Of a DNA stretch of 64,000 nt, positions 52,012 to 64,000 are shown in pieces. Source of the stretch: Eledone cirrhosa (taxonomy: Eukaryota); assembly GCA_964016885.1 (NCBI GenBank), contig OZ024740.1:303180001-303244000 (forward strand), read 5' to 3'. Made by a program: the position numbers and the translations under genes. Positions within the stretch are counted from its first letter, which is position 1; the number at the start of each line of letters is the position of its first letter. Under the pieces are notes generated by a model that did not search any database, had not been told where the DNA came from, and saw only the letters and a program-made list of their open reading frames with translations.

Positions 52012-53070
52012 CTAGTTTACAACAAAATGCAGACCAAGTGTCGCGTCTATGAAATTAACTACTTTTGTATTAGTATCAATGGTTATACATAAGTTATAGT
52101 ATTTATATAATTTGTACAAATGTTTTCTAATTCTCTCAAGCTCAAAACTATTAAGATCTCTAAAGATAACCAGAGCATCGTCCCTATAAAGACCAGCTTC
52201 TATGCAATGGACTTCACTACTTAATATATTTAAAAGAAATAACTCAACAAGGTCAGCGACTTGGGCCAAGTCGTTCGTACCCATAGTAATGTCAAAGTTT
52301 ATTGGACAGTTTTCTCTCGTCCAAAAGCTATCATCAAATTCTATGATAATGCATCTAGCAGCTAAGTCAGTATAAAGTTCCTGCTTAGCATATATATACA
52401 CACCATGAATCTTGAAACCGTTATAACTTTCTTAAACGGTTGACAGCTGAACATCTATAACAAAAACAACTCCTCAACATAACACCATGACAGCATCAAC
52501 GACACCAGATATAAAGACAACCTTATAACACAACCGAATTTAAAGAACAATAATCGTGTACCACCACCCTGCATCTAATTTAGAAAACACACAAACACAA
52601 CATACTCAATCTCCAGCTCCATTATATTATTGCCCCCCACCTAATTCTGCAACAAAACCCGATTACACGCAATATGAGGAAAACTGAGACAGTCCGAAAG
52701 TTGCTCCCTATAGAGAAGGTGCATATGTAGGATCCTAATGTGAGACAACTTCTACCAGAGGCACATATAAATATCTCGGTGCAACAGCAAACAATTTTTT
52801 TTAATGACTCTATGTGCACACACATTCATTTAAAAACCCCAATATGCAGAAATCAACCGAAGTCGTGAAAAAAATCTGACAGTTGAAACAGAATATCAAC
52901 TACAAAATTACATAGTCTATCATACAATCCGCAAAACCTTACTACGGTAAATGTCGAAAATACGATCTCTGCTCGGTTGAAGTACTAGAAATTATAATCG
53001 GTAAACATTTAATAAACTCTAAACATGATTGGAATTTTAATTGCCCACACATCAATAAAAACCTTTTCTA
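52012..53070. mobile_element. Degraded PLE pieces: RT fragment on minus (52012-52400) and C-terminal region on plus
   Basis: NFDITMGTND.A.VADLV.LFLL, GLYRDDAL, VVNFIDATL; same clade as the 12-14 kb element. Confidence 0.75.
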
Positions 53071-54384
53071 GATACAGGAAATCTATAACCTAGTATACTA
53101 AATTGTCTAAATAATTACAACTCCCTAGTTATGTACAAGAGTAAGCCATCACAATAGACCTCCATGATTTATATACTTAACGCAATCTCTCCCTTGCGAC
53201 GTATACACGTACTTAACGCTTCAAATAAGTATGGACAACACCCAATTTATCCAAATAGCGCAATAAATCGCAACACTGATGTGGTAACAATACTTAAGAG
53301 AAATCTAGAAAGTGAAATATAATATTCTTATAGGGACTCTGACACATTCATCTACATAATTCGAACTCACTAACTATGCACTATAAATAAACATAGAACT
53401 GCATCAAAAAATATTATACGAGATCACCGATAAGTCTTGACATGTATAACTCCTCAATATAACTTGACAATTATTACTCACCACAATAATATCCCGTCCC
53501 TTTCTGTATTTCTGTAATAAATCAGCTTAAAATAAAACAGCCACTCCTACGTGCAGCTATAAATATGCTATAACTCTTCCTGACACTCAAAGGATCAGGC
53601 AGACAAGATGTCGCCAATGAATAGGGTAAGTCCAAGATAACAGCACCAATATAAGACGCCTAAAAAGGAACTCCTATATTAAGATCTAATTGAGCTTATT
53701 TACCATCCTGTCTAAAAGTCAAATACTAAATGGTGTAGTTTTATTTATGGAATATATCGTGTAAATAGAGTTTAATAGATAAAGAAAAAAAGAATATTTA
53801 TATTGAGAAGAATGGAATGTAAAATAGGAAAATATAAAGAAAGAAAAAGAAAAAACGGAAAAGAGAGGGAATGTCAAGGACTCTAGTGTTACAGGAGAAT
53901 GGGAGTAGGGGGAGGAGGATTGGGCTCTGGGCCTAGGGTATGGCGGTAAAGCGGCTGCAAAAGCATTCCCACAGACAATGGCCAGCGACACCCACTGCAA
54001 CAGCCACCCCCACCTCATGGAGCTCCTTCCTCAGACGGACCGCTGACATTCCGATCTTAGCCACTCACTAACAATAAAGTAGATAGAACATACTGCTCTA
54101 ATTCAATTAGTGTCTTTGTCCGGAATATTTTACCAATCCTCAGCCGCTAATTGGTAAACTTCCACTAAAGCCAGCTACCGGATGACCTCAACACAAACGA
54201 ACGTAAAAGCTGTAGTGCGCAGAGTGTAAATAGATTAAGTAGAATCGAAGTGAGTGCTGCAGAATATGTACAAACTTTATTGGCATATTATAATTGTTTG
54301 GATATCGATACCGAAACAATTGTAATATGCCAATAAAGTCTGTACATATACTACAACACAGACTTCGATTCTATTTAATCACTA

Positions 54385-54417
<33 letters not shown>

Positions 54418-54539
54418 CAACTCTGGATGTCGGTGAGCATGTCCAGCCAACCTCAGTCTCCTCTGTGTCACTTTTGAGGTGACGTTTGGGATGCTCCCAT
54501 ACAGCTCTGAGTTTTTCATCCTCAGTGTATACTGATTAA

Positions 54540-54749
54540 TGTTCAGAGCCATCCTCAGCATTGCACTCAGTGCTCCTGTGGGAGCCCCTACATGGACACA
54601 CTAGAAGAAGAAGACCAAGGTTAACGTATGTTGATGCCCTAAGGACAGACACTGGTCTGTTGGAGACGCAGGACATGGCAGCGATAATGAGGGACAGAGA
54701 CCGCTGGAGAGAACTCGTCCATGGATCTCGGGAATTTTACCCGCTTTAG
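54540..54749 (+). mobile_element. 3' end of an RTE LINE
   Basis: VLLWEP.HG.TRR.RPRLTYVD.L..DTG.....M.DRDRWR. Confidence 0.8.
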
Positions 54750-56231
54750 ATTATATATATATATATATATATATAATGATAATAATAATAATAGATACAA
54801 GGACCAAAATCCAGAGATGACTCAATACAAATTTAGTATATATTGAGTCTTCAAACACTCCTTCCAGCGGGTCAGATTCAGATTGAAATGACGAATTGAC
54901 CTTAGTACTTTAGTTGCGTCCTCTGTATTGATATGTAGTAGAGGTCTATATATTGTAGAAAGGACATGATGTGACTATAGGAAATTTGTGACATGATTCT
55001 GATTGATATTATTCTTTACCAATATGAAATTAGAGAGCTTGATGAAAAACATTCCAAGTTTACGTTTAGCCTACTACAAGTACACATTGAAAGTAATGAA
55101 GCCATTAACGAAGGGAAGTATAATACAGCAACGAAAGCATTTGTTCCATTCCTGTCAAAGCAATCGTAATGAAGTACAGTTTAGACTACTCCCCTACGCC
55201 ACCATTTCATCAATTTAATCGTAATCTATACCTTTGAAAATGCATTTCTGTGGACTTTCATAAAGGTTATGAGGAAACAAAGATAGAAAGATGCATTAAA
55301 AATGTGGCTATGCTTATTAATTAGCTGATTAAAATCTGTTTTGTGTAGTGTTTTAGCTGCAATTTCTAGCAAATTACATAGAAATTCCATAGAAATTATT
55401 TTTTAACCCATTCACACTTTTCTTTATTATACCTTTTTGTTATTTTTAATTTCTGTGTTGTAAACATCAGAGATTCAGAATCTGGAAAGGAAAAATTAAT
55501 TATAAAAAGAATTTTTTTTTCATTTCATTTTTAAATTAGAAGAGGATTTACAGCTGCAGTAATCTTTTTTAAATATATTTCCTGAGCAATTAATGATTAT
55601 AAATCCACTTTTTTGTGTATGAATTCTCTGTTAATTGCTTACATTTGAAAGCCTTAGTTGTTCCACTTTCTTAAAATTTAACATCTTATCTCCATTCCAA
55701 ATACAAACGAAATATATATAAATATGAAACAAATATTGCAGCTGTAATCAATTTCTAGTGGATGGAACTTTTGCTACTTTTTTTTTTCCAAATTTCAAAA
55801 TCTAAAACTACTTATTTCAAAGAAAGTTCTTTAGAAGATTTTCAATCTCTGATGTTCAAAATCGTTAGAAAGTCAAAAAAGAAATTTAAAGTAAAAACGC
55901 ATTAAAAAACGGTTCAGGGGTTTTTAAAGTCTATGCTAAAACAAAATGGTGCCTATGATTCTGTATGGAAAAGTTTCAAAATTTCATTTTTTTTTTCATT
56001 ATTTTATTTAGTTTTTGCTCCTACTCGCATCGTTTCAAAAGACAATTGTAGCTATTTCGTCTAATTCGTCTTTCCATCCTGAGTAGCTATTTTTCTTTAG
56101 CCACTATTGATGCACTGGGAAGAATAGCCATGTCTTTTAGAATATCCGAAACTATAATTATTCCCAGAAGACAGCTGATGAGCGGAAACTGTCCATGTTC
56201 TTGTCTTTTCAAAGTTTTCTACTTTCTTCGT

Positions 56232-56386
56232 GTGTGTGTGTGTGTGTGTGTGTAAAGGGTAAACAGAAATAACAACACAATCGCTACAGTATATATATGG
56301 AAGGAATATATTCGGTTATCTCAACCGAATATATTCCTTCCATATATATACTGTAGCGATTGTGTTGTTATTTTTGTTTACCTTTT

Positions 56387-56403
<17 letters not shown>
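56232..56403. repeat. Near-perfect hairpin bounded by (TG)n/(CA)n
   Basis: About 80-bp arms around TATCT. Confidence 0.8.
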
Positions 56404-56429
<26 letters not shown>

Positions 56430-56605
56430 GGAAGACGGCCGATTGAACAGGGCTTTCGAGACTAGGTAGTAACTTAACCACTACCATGCTAGTCGATACA
56501 TCGATCTCCATCGATCAATCAAATGACCCTCTGAAACGATCGTAAAACAATGAACTGACTTCTAGTTTTTTCTATTGTTCTATGCATACATGCACAAACA
56601 CACTC

Positions 56606-56642
<37 letters not shown>

Positions 56643-56739
56643 AATTTTGAGTATATGTTTGTTGTTTACCGACACCTCAGTATGCAGATTGGAGCACTCG
56701 ATGAAGTACGCAGGTTGGTTTGGTTACTCCGGAGTAATG

Positions 56740-57110
56740 TAAAATAAAATAATTAAGTCAAATATTTAAAATTTGGCTTCGTTTATTAAAGGTGTACTGC
56801 TATATATATTTCGGTGACCTCTTCAGGCAGTCCGAATTGGTGTGGTAGAGAGGGGTACACATGTTGTTGAGGTGTTTAACTGGAATCATATATGATTCCA
56901 GTTCCTCAGAGAAATAACAACCCAACCAGGAACTGGGCATATCGGAGTATTGACGAGGTTAAACACTTCAACAACATGTGTACCTGTCTCTACCACACCA
57001 ATTCGGACTGCCTGAAGAGGTCACAGCCAAGGATGGCTGTCACCGAAATATATATAGCAGTACACCTTTAATAAACGAAGCCAAATTTTAAATATTTGAC
57101 TTAATTATTT

Positions 57111-57117
<7 letters not shown>
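56740..57117. repeat. Foldback element with HHR-bearing inverted arms
   Basis: 56740-56880 inverted at about 56957-57117; ends in (TA)n. Confidence 0.85.
57007..57061 (+). ncRNA. Canonical-core type I HHR
   Basis: ACTGC-CTGAAGA-GGT.ACAGCCA(agga)TGGCTGT.ACC-GAAA-TATATA-TA-GCAGT. Confidence 0.82.
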
Positions 57118-57201
<84 letters not shown>

Positions 57202-57860
57202 AATAAGGGCGCTGCGGAGTTGCAAATGGGTTACATATGAAAAACGTTTGTCCTTCATCAGTGATCTTCCAACCATCATAGGCATTTCATCGCTTTAAAG
57301 ACCATATACCTCCGGTTGGTGCGAGCAACGGCTAAAAAAAGTCGTTGGGACACGTAAATAAAGGGGACGCGAGGGTAAACAAACAAAATGGTGAAGCAAC
57401 AGAAAGTGAGGAAGAAGGAGACAAGTCCCAAATTTCTATGAATTTAAATTCGGTGAAATCGTGAACGAGAGAATAAAGACCATCAAACCTGGTTGAAATG
57501 TGAGCAAGGAAGGTATTTCGCACAGGTCTAACGGGAGGAAGAAGGGGTCTGGTCTGCCAATTCGGTAAACATAAGTTCTGTGAAATCGTAGACGAGAGAG
57601 AGAAAAAATTCATACCAGCTTGGCCAGCGTGCGAGAGAAAAGAATTACACACAGGTCAAACGGGAAGAAAGAGGAGGAGGAGAGGTAGTGACAGAGAATG
57701 AGTGAGTGAAGGGTGAGGAAGAGGCTAACAGAGAGAGAGACTGCTAGAAAGGGTAAAGATACATAGAACGAAAAAGACGTGTAGCAGCAGAGGAAAAAAT
57801 ATGTGTAAATATGAAAATAAGGGCGCTGCGGAGTTGCAAATGGGTTACATATGAAAAAAG
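57202..57860. repeat. About 660-bp insert in (TA)n with about 42-bp direct terminal repeats
   Basis: AATAAGGGCGCTGCGGAGTTGCAAATGGGTTACATATGAAAAA at both ends. Confidence 0.75.
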
Positions 57861-57910
57861 TTATATATATATATATTTAAAAGAATAGAGGTGTAACACA
57901 CGAATTATGA

Positions 57911-60464
<2,554 letters not shown>

Positions 60465-60510
60465 ATACATATATATATAATATATATGTATAGACATATA
60501 TATATATATA

Positions 60511-60553
<43 letters not shown>

Positions 60554-60567
60554 GTATATACATATAA

Positions 60568-60677
<110 letters not shown>

Positions 60678-60868
60678 TATTGAGAATTTATTTTCTTGTC
60701 CACAATGAATATTAATAATTATGAAATATATACAATCTCCTGGTGTAAATATGCATGTGAATAGATATTCCACTAATTTAAATCTTTAATCCCCCATTCA
60801 TTCTATGGGGACAGTCTGCATATGTACACCAGCAAAAAAAATCTACCTGATGGCGGCTTTTCTGCTAG

Positions 60869-60901
<33 letters not shown>

Positions 60902-60934
60902 TTACCCATATGTAATGTCAAATCATTATGGTGA

Positions 60935-61116
60935 ATTGGCAGTATCGGTAGAGGGTCGGACGCCATGCTTTGACGCATAGGGTTACGGCCCTTGCCATTC
61001 TGAGTTCAAATCCCGCCGAGGTTAACTTTGCCTTTCATCCTTACGGGGTCGATAAAATAAAGTACCAGTAATGTACTGGATAATTTCTGGCCTTGTGCCA
61101 ATAGTATAAACAATTA
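60935..61116 (+). mobile_element. Full-length tRNA-derived SINE
   Basis: A box, B box, central GCCTTTCATCCTTACGGGGTCGATAAA, tail. Confidence 0.9.
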
Positions 61117-61151
61117 TCATTCAGCTACACTGTTATAAATATCATTCTTAC

Positions 61152-62049
61152 CGGTCAGAAGGAAGTTGTTCTTGATATGGTTTTCATGAAGACACGTATA
61201 GAATGTCCATCTAGGGTTTTCTTGTAACGTATCTTTCACGTCGACATTGTTCGTCAAGATACCAGTGTGTTTGTAATCTCCTGTAAAATAACCTTTTGCT
61301 ATATCTCGTTGACTACGTGAGAAAATTATATTCCTGGACTCTGGTGGCAACGAATTATGACTGAGGAAAGCCAAATGTGAGAAAATGTAATCGAAAAGCA
61401 AATCCATGAATGTAATCGATGTTATATTGTTTTCGACAAAGACAAAACAGCCAGCAGTGGAATTTATAGAGAAGTTTGTAACCACTGAACATAATAAATG
61501 TTTGGTGTGTTCATAATGAACTGTATCATTGGTCAATTTCCAGTTTTCTAAATGTTGAATTAAACCACATTTAGAAGTAGAATTCTGCTTTTCTGTTCTT
61601 TGCGTATTTTTACGTTGATAAGTTTCACAAGTTTCTTTATCAACACATTCCTTTTTGTTCGCCTTCATTTCAGCTTTGTTGGATTGTGTGGAACTCTTGA
61701 AAGTATTTAAGCAGGTTGCACCAAATCTTTTGGGATCTTTAATTATATTGTACAGAGCTTGAATCTCGCCTCTGTTGAAAGACAAGTTTGTTAATAACTC
61801 CTGGGGTATTACATTCTGATGAACTATCCAGTAAGTAATAGACCAATTAAAGGAATTATTTGAGCTAATCCATGACCAATCTTCTGTTGGAAATGTTGCT
61901 AATTTATCATAAATGTATGTACTATTATATAACTTGGAAGCTAAATGAAGTTGATGTCGTAAGAAACCGGGTACGTTTGAAAGTATAAAATTAGTTTCTC
62001 CTCCCCATAAAGAAACATTGTATATGTATTCTAAGTTCAAAAGGTTCAG
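61152..62049 (-). CDS. CD36/SCARB-family protein, large 898-nt exon
   Basis: Non-repetitive 299-codon frame, many N-X-S/T sequons; ITFMDLLFDY resembles CD36 T.RELLWGY and WTFYT resembles .TV.TG; acceptor TTTTATAG, donor ACCG/GTAAGA phase 1 joins 39518. Confidence 0.8.
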
Positions 62050-62099
62050 CTATAAAATAAAAAAAGAAATATATTGAATTAATTTAAAACAATACAAAC

Positions 62100-62312
62100 G
62101 TCATATTGATACTGTTCACATTCATGTAGCTGATATTCAACTCCGCCTTTGTTAAAAGCATTTTGCTGTATCAAAATATTTGTTTTACATACAGTAGTCG
62201 TAATTTTTCTTACATGCAGGAATGAGAGAATCTCTACATAGTCGTTTGAGTTCATAGAAATAGCTGGAAAACCGCCCTCAAACCACACGCTAGCATCTAT
62301 AGCGTACTCTAT
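62100..62312 (-). CDS. Probable upstream exon of the same gene (IEYAIDASVWFEGG...QYQYD)
   Basis: 71 open codons, acceptor TTCTAG, donor GTTTGT, phase 0/0; implies a short 50-nt intron. Confidence 0.6.
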
Positions 62313-62519
62313 CTAGAACTACACAAAAGACGAAATGGGCATTGATAGAAAAGTTTGCTAAATCAGTACTAATCTAGGTCTAAACAACAAATCCCCCGAT
62401 TCATGGTGGGATAAAACAAATGAAATCACGTGACATTTCCCAGGAACAATAATTAAGTGGTAGCCTGAATCGGGGATTGAATCTGAGCTACAAACTCCGC
62501 TCAGTGGCTTATTGTTATT

Positions 62520-62900
62520 ATAATTGTTTCTACTTTTGGCACAAGGCCAGCAATTATCCTAGTACATTACTGGTACTTTATTTTTATTGACCCCGTAAGG
62601 ATGAAAGGCAAAGTTAACCTCGGTGGGATTTGAACTCAGACCATAAAGGGCCGTAACTCTTTGCTGCCGATACTGCCGATAATGGCGGGAGATTGTCAGT
62701 ATCAGTAGAGCGTCGAATAACATGCTTTGTGGTATTGAGTTACGGCTCCTTACGTTCTGAGTTCAAATCACGCCGAGGTTAACTTTCCCTTTCATCCTTA
62801 CAAGATTGATAACATAAAAAACCAGTAACCTACTGGGGTCAATTTAATCAATTTCGACTGCCCCCAAAATTGTTGGCTTTGTGCCTCAGGTAGAAAATTT
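62520..62900. mobile_element. Two SINE copies in opposite orientation
   Basis: Minus 62520-62680 and plus 62692-62900, same family. Confidence 0.8.
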
Positions 62901-63107
62901 CCTATTTTAGAATAAAGGCGAACAAAAATTCGTAATGATCATGGCATTGGTGGTGTAAGAGGAAGAAACGACATAGAAATCTGGTTTCAGTCTCTAACCA
63001 CTGCAGCCTTTTTATACTACACAATTTACTTATCTCTATGAGAATTAACGTTAAGTCTTCCGCTTTCGAAGCACCTATGAAATAATTATAATTAACCTCA
63101 TTCCTTT

Positions 63108-63423
<316 letters not shown>

Positions 63424-63590
63424 TATATGTTGTTATATTTGGAGATGGTCATGTTGCCAAATTGCCAATAGAAAGAAACTCATGCACACACACACACCAT
63501 ATAATGTTCACTTCATATATATATATATATTTCACCAACATTTAATTAACGAATAATTTTATAATAGATTACCACCCTATATATATACAT

Positions 63591-63680
<90 letters not shown>

Positions 63681-64000
63681 AATATAAATTAGCGAGAATC
63701 GTATTTCGGCTTTGGAATTAGCGAAAAACAACTTCCGAGATGTGTGGCAAGCGCCCAATAATTCTGACGAACCAGAGCTACAACATACGTTAAAGGCCAA
63801 ACAGACTGAGACGATGGTTAAACCGTCATCCGCACAGCCATAGAAACGACCAAGTAATTCGGGTCAAACAAATAAAAAATATGTGATTGAAAAAATTTAC
63901 CCGGACCCCTGGATGGTTGGTAAAATCCAGCATTTGGGTTTCTGCGACTCCTAAATCAAGTACTGTCCGCTTAGACAAATAATGTTAGGCTTCTGGTAAG

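Noticed and set aside
56165-56200. CTGATGA-GCG-GAAAC-T-GTC hammerhead-like string (similar partial strings at 14467 and 53277)
   Set aside because: Stems I and II cannot form
61117-61151. ORF-track ending GKNDIYNSVAE-stop as the true C-terminus
   Set aside because: A strong phase-1 donor (G/GTAAGA) at 61151 joins the 39518 exon in frame, so the tail is probably intron read-through
62902-63076. Possible further upstream exon (GASKAEDL...FAFILK)
   Set aside because: Has a plausible acceptor but runs to a stop with no convincing donor; left uncalled
63680-64000. Plus-strand frame with internal stops at the window edge
   Set aside because: Could be the start of another retroelement, but no diagnostic motif is visible

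Overview
AT-rich eukaryotic (animal) genomic DNA, roughly half (TA)n/(TG)n/(GA)n microsatellite. The SINE family resembles the tRNA-derived SINEs I recall from octopod cephalopods, so the taxon is an inference. One host gene is supported: five phase-compatible minus-strand exons (62312 to 34974) of a divergent CD36/SCARB-family scavenger receptor carrying a large insert. The rest is retroelement debris: an RTE LINE, a CR1-type LINE, SINEs, MITEs and many Penelope-like element (PLE) remnants with inverted pseudo-LTRs inserted in (TA)n. The main hidden signal is about 25-30 type I hammerhead ribozyme (HHR) motifs read by eye. They include a 310-bp tandem retrozyme-like array (44606-47020, 8 HHRs, internal inversion) inside the gene's largest intron, and hairpin copies of the same unit that break at the predicted cleavage site. 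A related family uses the rare U3-A8 core and sits next to a PLE ORF, and several HHRs have a mismatched base pair at the foot of stem II or an enlarged stem II. All YI/CV/HT/ER-repeat ORFs are microsatellite artefacts. Nothing was checked computationally.
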